Assembly (NCBI GenBank): GCA_048938105.1
Contig: JBHLMN010000007.1
Span: 1 to 64,000 of the forward strand
Reading direction: 5' to 3'
Length of the DNA: 64,000 nucleotides
From: Promethearchaeota archaeon
GTDB taxonomy: Archaea > Asgardarchaeota > Heimdallarchaeia > Hodarchaeales > Hodarchaeaceae
Under the pieces are notes generated by a model. The model did not search any database. It saw only the letters and a program-made list of their open reading frames with translations, and was not told the DNA's origin. Positions 40,501 to 48,627 of the stretch are shown in pieces (the stretch's first letter is position 1; the number at the start of each line of letters is the position of its first letter). Both the position numbers and the translations under genes were made by a program.

Positions 40501-41331
40501 GAATTCCACTACAAAAGAGGCTAAAATGACGAGATTCATTGCTGTTTGATAGGCGCGTATCCCGATAGACTCAATTTCGGAAATGTCTTTCTCTAGTAAC
40601 ACATAATTATCAAGACCTACAGCATCTTTAATACGTTCACCTATTTTCTTAATTCCAACAAGATTGTCAACAGATGCATCAATCTCTCCTGTTAAGGAAG
40701 TCATACTAAGTCTTTGATCTTTTAAAATAAGATCATATAAGACTTCAATATCAACCAGAACCATATAATGTAACAATTTATTTCCGAAATAGGGTTCATC
40801 ACTCATGACCCCTCCTACAGTGACTTCAGTAACATTGATTTCGATTTCATCTGAAACAACAGGAATTGGAGTTCCGATCTCAACCCCAAGAGTCTGTTGA
40901 ATACTCTCGGAAATCATTATTGTAAAACCAGAAACTTTACGTTCTCCAGTAACTACGTTTAGATGGGAAAAATCGGGGTGAGTTTTTGAATCAATTCCAT
41001 AAACCAAGACATTATCACTAATTTCGACATCTAAAAAGCGATTTGCAGACATATAGTAGACAGGACTGGCTGTTGTTACTCCTGAAACCTTATGAACATC
41101 TTTTGCTAAGGTTTGAAGACTTGTGAGATTAATCCAGTCCTTGGGATGGACTGTGATGTCCGTATAGTTTTGTTGTCTATGATCTAAGATAAAATCATCA
41201 TAAAGTGTGTCAACGCTTATCACAATTCCTGTTTCAAGTGCAACTGTGAGTAAGATACCCAATATCAGAAGAAAAGATCGATATTTGGATCGAGTAGCAT
41301 TTCGAAATGCTAAACCAAACGTTAACCTCAT
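37561..41331 (-). CDS. FtsX/MacB-family ABC permease (duplicated) with an extra C-terminal membrane domain
   Basis: Start at MRLTFGLAFRN; two permease repeats (RSKELGTLRAVG, REMGIMRSLG); about 300 aa of additional TM segments at the C-terminus. Confidence 0.85.
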   Translation of the reverse strand: MRLTFGLAFRNATRSKYRSFLLILGILLTVALETGIVISVDTLYDDFILDHRQQNYTDITVHPKDWINLTSLQTLAKDVHKVSGVTTASPVYYMSANRFLDVEISDNVLVYGIDSKTHPDFSHLNVVTGERKVSGFTIMISESIQQTLGVEIGTPIPVVSDEIEINVTEVTVGGVMSDEPYFGNKLLHYMVLVDIEVLYDLILKDQRLSMTSLTGEIDASVDNLVGIKKIGERIKDAVGLDNYVLLEKDISEIESIGIRAYQTAMNLVILASFVVEFLFITNVLAIAINDRSKELGTLRAVGINTGQLIVVIALEILIYSIIGSILGVFAGISFSTLLVSLIDSFYIGLEIQKISIQSSSIIATFLSGIVVSLISGLYPLFLALNVPVVQNIHSRMRTAKSTKITGNWKYSIALGFLLSITGFTLQFFVGPSRFLDFSVLSVHFFVVILIFIGTLFLEIGILVFLPKIGMRMLVYFGIITRTISMRNIEREFQKSLFTILTSALALAFIIVTGLTSAAVIASVPAYFESQWGSIDLVAETRDNSLLSTSFTQQLDRRRDIRLSSFIQEARTEIGGENGYVFGVDPIRYSHFAEPVLDAIDEESSYVFLNETTQTTLNITSGALTTINVTNGLISHRLYQRIRPKIPLGSNVPIAINSTTTVNVTLSAIIQGNVFLNDGEYLYITSERFQEFFKSNLAKWFVCDVNGDVASVQLNLEASYVQFKEVIGVTFFRELIEESLVFQTAIFQVLFVESFILAAMAQFICILISTLRMEREMGIMRSLGLHKLNIFGIFMSESTALGFSALFIGLIDGLLGYILLAWYISLSIPIEIQFQLDRVLLWVIISFMITLASTILPSYRSSQKNIISTISGRPMVRSYVEKPVKPVFYRPSVFPSKKDIQEIQFYSSQLGIDLSAFSDSTSMWSFLKDKKLQIQTVFLILLAIVTLNYILDAQVIVRGLMPSDIIWRLILLVPSDDNFLDYYEDYQIMFFFINPLLLFVGLASIGPISYYFSHNVLPDNLIKNIIIGFIIGVISILVCYILNIIVMILFNIIVQSLLFESFFYTVTATDIFLIASLVLIMLLHLLIFQRIWAFLILQGSNPDLSIKDKLVWTKRAASKGQFGFILLLLTHILIQAILFMATQPQPTQPPEEPLPFFPSSQSFSLDPVAFLIVTGFEVGFFLLFIIYQLGKFSNQSHLFSGKTSLIKDESIKEDKTPLKLKPLPVSESSRSSGTSTDKDEITVKESNPLIKTSNDKK

Positions 41332-41835
41332 TTGAGTTCTACTATTATGGAATGTTTTCACAACAGCTTTTTTCAAGGACGATTGCCTAATGATAATGCT
41401 TTTTATTTGAATTGTTTTCCTGGTACTTTCTTTTAGGGCCGATAATGTTGTCATTACTCTTCTAGAGAGGAGAATTTCTCGGATCCCCCCCAAAAGGGTC
41501 AAAAGTGTGGCCTTTACTCCTCTAGTATGTATGACTTTTTTGAGAGACTCCTGCATGGATGGATACTCACGCCCATGAAAGGTTTTTCTTTCAACATAAC
41601 CCTTTTGTTTTAAAAATGTACTATTGATGCATTGAAGAAAACTTGAAACTAGAAGTCTTCAATGAAATCAGTATTACATCTTATATTAAGTTACCTCAGA
41701 CATATAAAAATTATTATTAGCATTAATCACTGAAGTAGTCAGTAGATTTCACCAATTCAAATCGATATTACTTATACATCAGCCTCCAATGAACTTATTT
41801 ATTCTTGTTATCTAATTACTGATTGAGGAGATCAA

Positions 41836-42396
41836 GTGACACAGACAAATTCTAATCATCCAATAAGAATGGAAAAAATTATGATCAGTCCAAAGAGAAT
41901 GATTTATATCAAGCTTTGGGGACCCTCATATCATCCTAAATGGGGAATGACACGATCAACTATCGAATTACAGGAAGCCAGAGTATCTGACGGTAAACAA
42001 ATATCCTATGGAAGCCCTGTTCGACTTCCTTGTGATGGATCGTCAGCTATCATTGCAGATTTGATTCCTCATTTCATTATCGAGGGAAGACAATTAAATA
42101 GCGAATTTAAGAACCAAAAGAAAGAATTGACACAGGTTTTCACTGAGACGCTTAGACTGGAAGATAACAATCAATATTCTAGCATAAATTTAGAATCAGT
42201 TCTATTGGCCGAGTTTTCAAATCAAAAATTATCTAAAACCAGAATTCATTCAAAACTAACTGAAAAAGGATACGAAATTGATAAAGAAGCACTAGAGCAA
42301 TCTCTCGAATTATTAGCAGATCGAGAGAAAATAACAAAGGAGGTTGCTGTTCATGCTTCCTCTGGTACAAATTATTTTTTGTGGGGATTTTCATAA
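41836..42396 (+). CDS. Hypothetical protein with a beta-rich N-domain and C-terminal winged helix
   Basis: GTG start after GAGGAG; C-terminal LSKTRIHSKL...GY......L...L..L....KI wHTH pattern. Confidence 0.6.
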   Translation: MTQTNSNHPIRMEKIMISPKRMIYIKLWGPSYHPKWGMTRSTIELQEARVSDGKQISYGSPVRLPCDGSSAIIADLIPHFIIEGRQLNSEFKNQKKELTQVFTETLRLEDNNQYSSINLESVLLAEFSNQKLSKTRIHSKLTEKGYEIDKEALEQSLELLADREKITKEVAVHASSGTNYFLWGFS

Positions 42397-42418
42397 ATCT
42401 TTTTCGGAGATAATCTTT

Positions 42419-43609
42419 ATGCAGCGCTCAGGTTTTGCAGAAATGCCTCTGCATCCTGGTAAAGCACCTCGATGGTTATTTCATCGAATGGAAAAACTAA
42501 CCAAAGAAATTTGTCTAATTATTATGGATGAATTTGGTTCTCATGAATTATTAAATCGTTTAAGTGATCCATTCTTTTTTCAAGCATTATCTTGTGTTAC
42601 AGGCTTTGACTGGCATTCTTCAGGGACTACTACTACAACATGTGGAGCCCTTAAAATAGCATTAAATGCCATTAAAGATTCCTCATGTCAAATATATGTG
42701 GCTGGTGGCAAAGGACATGTCTCAAAAAAAACTCCTGCAGAATTACGACTTGTTAATGATCATCTAAAGACAGATTTTTCAGATCAAGAAATTACTGATT
42801 TCATAAGAGCTAGTAAATTATCTGCGAAAGTTGACAATGCAGTTGTCCAAGACTCTTTTCAGCTCTATCACCATTGCTTTTTAATTGATTCAGACGGTAA
42901 TTACACAGTTATCCAGCAAGGAATGAATAGAAAATGGGCTAGACGATATCATTGGACATCTGATAGGCATAGGATAGGAGGAGGATCATTTAGTGAACAA
43001 CCTCGTGACTTAATAGCTTGTAATCAAATTATTGATAATACTCTTGATCTTACTGCAGATATTAGTCAACAAACTCGGAACTGTATTATAGACTTAATCA
43101 ATGATAATCCCACGCATTTGAGACAGTTCTTCCCTTGGAAGAAAAACCAGACAATCTTACCTTTAGATCACTTTTTCCAATCAAAACCAACAGGCATTGT
43201 CTCACGAAACATCTCCCCATTGTTATCAATGCCTGAGCGACATCAGATACTTCCAATAGACTTAGGGGAGTCAGAATTTCAAACATTAGTCTCAGCATAT
43301 GAACAACAACCAAATCAGTTCGATGATTTAGTTGAAATCCAAGGAATAGGGCCAAAAAAACTCCGAGCTCTCACATTAGTCTCCGAGCTGATTTTTGGAA
43401 CCCAAGTAAGCTGGAAGGATCCTGTTAAATATTCATTCGCTCATGGGGGGAAAGATGGAATTCCTTTTCCTGTTGATCGTAATGTATATGATTCAACTAT
43501 TCAAACATTACGGTCAGCTATCGATAATGCCCATTTATCCAATAAGACTCAGCTTAAAGCAATAAAAAACCTCTCTCTTTTTACTACCCGAGTTCGGTCA
43601 AGAAATTAG
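42419..43609 (+). CDS. DUF763-family protein (HhH-containing, putative DNA repair)
   Basis: LH.GKAP.WL..RM, DP.FFQA, G.DWHSSGTTT, AKVDN..VQD, QQGMN, ARRYHW, GIGPK.LRAL and DP.KYSFAHGGKDG.P.PV. Confidence 0.9.
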   Translation: MQRSGFAEMPLHPGKAPRWLFHRMEKLTKEICLIIMDEFGSHELLNRLSDPFFFQALSCVTGFDWHSSGTTTTTCGALKIALNAIKDSSCQIYVAGGKGHVSKKTPAELRLVNDHLKTDFSDQEITDFIRASKLSAKVDNAVVQDSFQLYHHCFLIDSDGNYTVIQQGMNRKWARRYHWTSDRHRIGGGSFSEQPRDLIACNQIIDNTLDLTADISQQTRNCIIDLINDNPTHLRQFFPWKKNQTILPLDHFFQSKPTGIVSRNISPLLSMPERHQILPIDLGESEFQTLVSAYEQQPNQFDDLVEIQGIGPKKLRALTLVSELIFGTQVSWKDPVKYSFAHGGKDGIPFPVDRNVYDSTIQTLRSAIDNAHLSNKTQLKAIKNLSLFTTRVRSRN

Positions 43610-43715
43610 CGTGATACAAGAATTTTTATTATGAACATATCCTAGACCTATATAAGTATGAAGCCTTTATTAGTACCTGAACTCGCCCATGGCTTGGCAA
43701 ATGAGGTGTGCTGAG

Positions 43716-44105
43716 ATGGACGAACAAATAAAGAATGAATTGCGCACTATTTTAGAAGAGGTGTTCCAAAAGAACTCACAGGTTCAGATGATCTCCTTAA
43801 TTACTCCTGAAGGGCTTCCAATTCTGACTTTTAACCGTGAATCGGAAAATGGACTTTCTGAAATCACAGATTCAGGTATCCTGAATAGATATGCAGCTCT
43901 TGCAGGAGCGAGTACAACATTAGGAGAACGTACACTTTCAACCCTCTCACAGGAGAAAGTTCGTCTAATACATGTTCAAGGTAAAACTAAAGATATTGCC
44001 ATTGCTGTTTCACCCCATTTAATATCTTTAGTGGTAACTGAACCCTCTGGAAGTCCTAACCTCATTGCTGAGAAGTTGAATACCAAACTTAAAGCAAAAT
44101 TATGA
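43716..44105 (+). CDS. Roadblock/LC7 (MglB-like) domain protein
   Basis: ATG 7 nt after GAGGTG; SLITPEGLPI...YAALAGA...LGER...IHVQG roadblock pattern. Confidence 0.8.
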   Translation: MDEQIKNELRTILEEVFQKNSQVQMISLITPEGLPILTFNRESENGLSEITDSGILNRYAALAGASTTLGERTLSTLSQEKVRLIHVQGKTKDIAIAVSPHLISLVVTEPSGSPNLIAEKLNTKLKAKL

Positions 44106-46081
44106 TTAAGGCATTTGATTTCATAATGGATCCTCTTCAATGGTTTAATATAACAAAAGAAGCTCTCCCTCTTGTAGAATCTGAACTTGATATCTCTCAA
44201 TTTGAACTGTTGAGCTTAATTCGACTTGATACAGAAGTTCAGACCTTTTCAACCTCTCAAAGCCAAGTAGATGTAAAAAACGCGGCCTTACTTGGGCAAG
44301 CATGGTTTATTCTTATGAATATTTTAACTAATGAACTTCAGTTGGAAGCTTGGAATTCTCTTACTATTAAGAGTCACAACAAATTTGTTACAATTTATTC
44401 TCTAGGTTTCGATGTATTTCTTATAATCTTGGCTGAAGCTACAGTTGATTCTATGGATGTCCTGAAAATAATTCTAAAATTTATTTTTCAGATCGGTTAC
44501 CAAAAGAAATATGAAATAGCTGGATTGGTTTCCTCGGAAGGTTATCCAGTCTGGCTGAATTCTGTAGAAGAGATGGATGATTTTCTCTTTGCAATTTCAA
44601 TTACGTCTCTTCTCTCTCTAGTTGAACGAATAGATTATGAGGTATCAGCAGGCGGAATAGGCGCTTGTATCCTTCAAGGAACTGAAAATTTACTTTTAAA
44701 TGTTGCTTTTAACCCATCTCAGGATTTAGCTCTGGCTGTAACACAAAAAGGCGAAGATCTAGATGTAGTAACTCTTGATCCTGACATAAATACACTTTAT
44801 CAGAAAATTGTAGATCCTGTGGTATTTAGTGCAATCGTACCAGAAATTATTGATGAAGACCGAGAGCGAATGTTGGAAGAGATTCGTCAGGCATTTGATG
44901 GTGAAACAACTGAAGAAGAAATCCAAACATTAAATATATTTGACACAGAAATGCTTAAATCTCTTGAAAATGAGATTAAAACAGTAGCTAAGAAATATAG
45001 AGCGAATGAGATTTCGATTGGGTATTTACGTAAAAGAATGAGACTACCAGCTGAAGTCCTTTCGATGGCTTTAGAATATCTTATTGGAGAGGGATCTATC
45101 AGTGGTAAAGTTGGTAAGGCTCGTGTATCGGGACAGGAAATACTAGTTCTTGATTCAATGGCCGATATTGATAAGGAAGATAAAGAGCAATTAGAAATCG
45201 TAACAACTCAAATTGAAGATCTTTTCACTCCTATAGAACCCCTCATTATGCAACTACCCTCTGTTCAACCATCAGAAGCAGATGTCCAAGAAGTTATCTC
45301 AGAAGCTCTTGGAGAATTCCAAATTATGTTAACACTAGCGGATACGGATCCTCTATATTTGTTAATCAATGATCTAAGGAGTGTGAGAGCACAATTAGAA
45401 AACTCTGCCAAAACATTCGCACTCGTGAAACAACAGTTATCAGAAACAGATCAAGAAGATGTTCTTCGTACTGAACTGGAGAGACGCCAGGCTAAATTAG
45501 ATGATAAAATCCATGAACAGCAATTAACAATCACTGGAAAAATCAACCGATTTTATGGAGATCTTCTAAATTCATATCGCTTATTTTTCCGATTACTTCC
45601 TATTCCAGTTAAATTTAATAGGTCGAAGAGAAAGAAAAATATCATTGTTGTTTTCGGGTGTCCTGCTCATAATTGTGGAACAACAGTTAAAATTCGGGAT
45701 AAACCAACTACATGGGTTAAATTAAGTGTTTTCGCTACTCTTCTCGGTATTCAGGATGATTTCCCTGAAAAAAATCCCCTTATTGTTATTAAATTAAAAA
45801 CAATTCTTGAAGATCGCTTTAATAAGATCATTGCTTTGAAGAAAGAAGAAGAAACAAAAATAGACCTTGTTTTAGAAAATTACCTTGCCATTGAAAATCT
45901 AGATGAACTTTTAATTTCTAATACTCAAAGGGATGATGGAGTTAAAAAGCTTAGAAAAGCCAGAGTTGGACGAGGCACTGATAAAGAAGATTTTTATTCC
46001 CTTTTTTCACAGTGTAACTCATGTAACAGATGGTATTGCAACAATCATATGGCAACTACCACTAAATGTAAATACTGTTGA
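44102..46081 (+). CDS. Multidomain protein: tandem roadblock domains, PCI-like winged helix, coiled coil and C-terminal Zn finger
   Basis: Second repeat GLVSSEGYPV...SLLSLVERI...CILQG; ISIGYL...L.YLI.EG.ISGKV; CPAHNC...CNSCNRWYCNNH...CKYC. Confidence 0.7.
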   Translation: MIKAFDFIMDPLQWFNITKEALPLVESELDISQFELLSLIRLDTEVQTFSTSQSQVDVKNAALLGQAWFILMNILTNELQLEAWNSLTIKSHNKFVTIYSLGFDVFLIILAEATVDSMDVLKIILKFIFQIGYQKKYEIAGLVSSEGYPVWLNSVEEMDDFLFAISITSLLSLVERIDYEVSAGGIGACILQGTENLLLNVAFNPSQDLALAVTQKGEDLDVVTLDPDINTLYQKIVDPVVFSAIVPEIIDEDRERMLEEIRQAFDGETTEEEIQTLNIFDTEMLKSLENEIKTVAKKYRANEISIGYLRKRMRLPAEVLSMALEYLIGEGSISGKVGKARVSGQEILVLDSMADIDKEDKEQLEIVTTQIEDLFTPIEPLIMQLPSVQPSEADVQEVISEALGEFQIMLTLADTDPLYLLINDLRSVRAQLENSAKTFALVKQQLSETDQEDVLRTELERRQAKLDDKIHEQQLTITGKINRFYGDLLNSYRLFFRLLPIPVKFNRSKRKKNIIVVFGCPAHNCGTTVKIRDKPTTWVKLSVFATLLGIQDDFPEKNPLIVIKLKTILEDRFNKIIALKKEEETKIDLVLENYLAIENLDELLISNTQRDDGVKKLRKARVGRGTDKEDFYSLFSQCNSCNRWYCNNHMATTTKCKYC

Positions 46082-46110
46082 TTTTTTTTTCCTATTTGAG
46101 GACTAAATAC

Positions 46111-46899
46111 ATGGTTCTGGTTGCAGGCGTTGATATCGGCTCGTTGACAGCAAAAATTGTAGTATTATCGTTTTCTAATAAAATTAATGCTCCCCCCCAT
46201 CAAAAATATGCATTTATAAAACGTGTTGGTTATAATCCTGCAGGTGTTGCAGAGTCTTTAGTAAAAAATGCCAAAGAGACACTAAAAATAAAAGACTTTG
46301 CATATATAGTCTCTACTGGGTATGGAAGAAAATTAGCTCCATCAAATGAGAATATAACAGAGATCACTTGCCATGCAACTGGTGCTTTCTTTGTTAATAA
46401 TACTATTCGAACAATTATTGACATAGGTGGACAAGATTCTAAGGTTATTCAAATCAATGCTCAAGGACAGATCCAAGACTTTGAAATGAATGATAAATGT
46501 AGTGCTGGGACAGGGCGCTTCTTAGAAGTGATGGCCAATGCATTGGAAGTAGAATTATCAGAATTTGGTAATCAGGCACTTATTTCGACAAATCCCGCTT
46601 CTATTTCGAGTACTTGTACTGTATTTGCTGAGTCAGAAGTAATATCACGTTTAAACCAAGGAGCAAATAGATTAGATATTATTGCTGGTATTCATCAGAC
46701 AATTGCTAATAAAATTACTGCTTTAACTGCTCGTGTTGGTGTCATCCCTGTAGTAGCTCTAACAGGGGGGGTTGCTTTAAATCCTGGTGTGAAAAAAATG
46801 CTTGAACATCAAATGAACACGTCTATAGAAGTTCCACCAAACCCCCAAATGATCGGAGCATTAGGAGCTGCTCTGTTAGCTTCTAAACATCTGAACTAA
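46111..46899 (+). CDS. 2-hydroxyacyl-CoA dehydratase activator (HgdC/BcrAD-type ASKHA ATPase)
   Basis: GVDIGS, STGYGR, EITCH, IDIGGQDSK, MNDKCSAGTGRFLE, STCTVFAESE and GALGAAL. Confidence 0.9.
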   Translation: MVLVAGVDIGSLTAKIVVLSFSNKINAPPHQKYAFIKRVGYNPAGVAESLVKNAKETLKIKDFAYIVSTGYGRKLAPSNENITEITCHATGAFFVNNTIRTIIDIGGQDSKVIQINAQGQIQDFEMNDKCSAGTGRFLEVMANALEVELSEFGNQALISTNPASISSTCTVFAESEVISRLNQGANRLDIIAGIHQTIANKITALTARVGVIPVVALTGGVALNPGVKKMLEHQMNTSIEVPPNPQMIGALGAALLASKHLN

Positions 46900-46917
46900 T
46901 TCAAATTAAGAGAAGAG

Positions 46918-47901
46918 ATGTTGGATTTGTCCAATATTTTTAAAAATTTGACCTTATTTGAAATTAAAGAAACTCTTTCCAAAATCCGACCCTATGTAAT
47001 TAAAACACCAGTCATAAGATCTTATTATCTTGAAAAACTAATTGGAAAAGAAGTTTATTTGAAATTGGAATACTTGCAACCAACACGGTCTTTTAAAGTA
47101 CGAGGAGCATGCTCAAAAGCTCTGTCATTAAATAAAAAAGACTTGTCCCGTGGTTTAGTGACTGCGTCCGGTGGAAACCATGGTTTGGGGGTTTGTTATG
47201 CTGGAAAGGAACTTAATTCTCCAGTGGTGGTTTTTCTCCCTTCAAAGACTGCAAAAGAGAAAATTGAAAAAATCAAACAATGGGGAGGAAAAACGATCTT
47301 ATACGGGGAAGCTTGGGATGAGGCTAATCAAAAAGCTCAAAAATATGCTCAAGATGAAGGATTAACTTATGTTCATCCATTTGATGATCTTGAAGTAGTT
47401 AGGGGGCAAGGAACTATTGCATTAGAACTCCTTGACCAAAATCCTTATCTCGATGCTATTATAGCATCAGTAGGAGGAGGTGGTCTGATTAGTGGGCTGG
47501 GAATTGTGGCGAGACAAATGAAACCTGAAATTAAAATTTGGGGGGTAGAAACTATAGGTTGTGATGCTGTAACACAAAGCTTTCGGAAGGGATACCCAGT
47601 AAGACTTCCAGCAATAACAAGTATTGCTGATACTCTTGGAGCAAAACAAACTACTGAAGATACATTAACAAGAATTAAGGCTGTAGTAAATGACATGCAA
47701 ACTGTAACAGATGAAGAAGCTCTAGATGCCTTACTCTTAATGTTAGAAAGCGAAAAAATCCTAGTAGAACCTGCAACTTCTTGCTCTATTGCAGCGCTAC
47801 TACAAAATAAATTTGATGTGACAAATGTTGAAAAAATTTGTATTATTCTATGTGGATCAAATGTTTCTCTTAGACAATTAAAAGAATGGAAAGTTCTTTG
47901 A
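46918..47901 (+). CDS. PLP-dependent threonine/serine dehydratase (no regulatory domain)
   Basis: K.E.LQ.T.SFKVRGA, ASGGNHG, HPFDD, GQGT, VGGGGLI and VEPA. Confidence 0.88.
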   Translation: MLDLSNIFKNLTLFEIKETLSKIRPYVIKTPVIRSYYLEKLIGKEVYLKLEYLQPTRSFKVRGACSKALSLNKKDLSRGLVTASGGNHGLGVCYAGKELNSPVVVFLPSKTAKEKIEKIKQWGGKTILYGEAWDEANQKAQKYAQDEGLTYVHPFDDLEVVRGQGTIALELLDQNPYLDAIIASVGGGGLISGLGIVARQMKPEIKIWGVETIGCDAVTQSFRKGYPVRLPAITSIADTLGAKQTTEDTLTRIKAVVNDMQTVTDEEALDALLLMLESEKILVEPATSCSIAALLQNKFDVTNVEKICIILCGSNVSLRQLKEWKVL

Positions 47902-47997
47902 TTCTTTAAAATAAACAAATAGAAAAAGCTAATTCATGAGGCATTTATATAAAAAATTTTAACCCTAGAAGCAAACAACTCAAAGGAAGATAGTATT

Positions 47998-48507
47998 TTG
48001 GACGCATTAGAACTTCTAAAAGGGCGGAGAAGTATTCGAAAATATAAATCAACACCTGTAGAACCCGAAAAGCTTGAAAAATGTCTTCAAGCAGCACAGT
48101 GGGCACCATCGGCTTCAAATAAACAGCCTTGGGAGTTCTTGATTGTAACAGAAGAAGAAAAGAGAAACAAGTTAGCAGAGTTACACCCCTATGCAAAATT
48201 CGTCACACAAAGCCCAGTTGTATTTATTCCACTAACTAATCCGACTATTCATCCAAAGTATCATCATAGTGACACAGCTTTAGCAACACTACAATTTATA
48301 ATTCAAGCTCATTCTATAAACTTAGGTACTTGTTGGGCTGGAGTAATAGGTACAGATTTTGAACCCAAAATAAAAGATCTACTAAAAATTCCTAAACATT
48401 TACATGTATTAGCGCTGGTTGCTGTGGGTTATGCAGATGAAACTCCTTCCTCTAATCGTAAACCCCTTGAGAGCCTAATCCATAAAGAATCATATAATTT
48501 AAAATAG
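47998..48507 (+). CDS. Nitroreductase family protein
   Basis: RRSIRKY, APSASN.QPW.F, LGTCW and GY...P..RKPL. Confidence 0.9.
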   Translation: MDALELLKGRRSIRKYKSTPVEPEKLEKCLQAAQWAPSASNKQPWEFLIVTEEEKRNKLAELHPYAKFVTQSPVVFIPLTNPTIHPKYHHSDTALATLQFIIQAHSINLGTCWAGVIGTDFEPKIKDLLKIPKHLHVLALVAVGYADETPSSNRKPLESLIHKESYNLK

Positions 48508-48527
48508 GAATGAAAAAATGTCTTTAA

Positions 48528-48596
48528 TGAGCCCCTAATGTTCGAAAGGCATATGTCTGACTTGTGATGACTAATCGATCCGAACGCTGGGGTTCA
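48528..48596 (+). ncRNA. Candidate L7Ae-binding sRNA: long hairpin with an apical box D'/C' K-loop
   Basis: Stem TGAGCCCC..TGTTCG / CGAACG..GGGGTTCA encloses GTCTGA-ctt-GTGATGAC (CUGA plus RUGAUGA). Confidence 0.5.
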
Positions 48597-48627
48597 CTAA
48601 ATTCTCTCTAAAAAATCCCATCTCGAA

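Noticed and set aside
41332-41590. 75-aa N-terminal extension of the FtsX ORF, and a locally GC-richer patch with short stems
   Set aside because: Family similarity begins at MRLTFG (41331); the stems are short and match no riboswitch or RNA family I recognise.
48525-48600. SECIS-like interpretation of the hairpin (AUGA at its 5' base)
   Set aside because: No matching GA on the 3' strand for the SECIS core, and no neighbouring gene shows an in-frame UGA at a catalytic Cys position.
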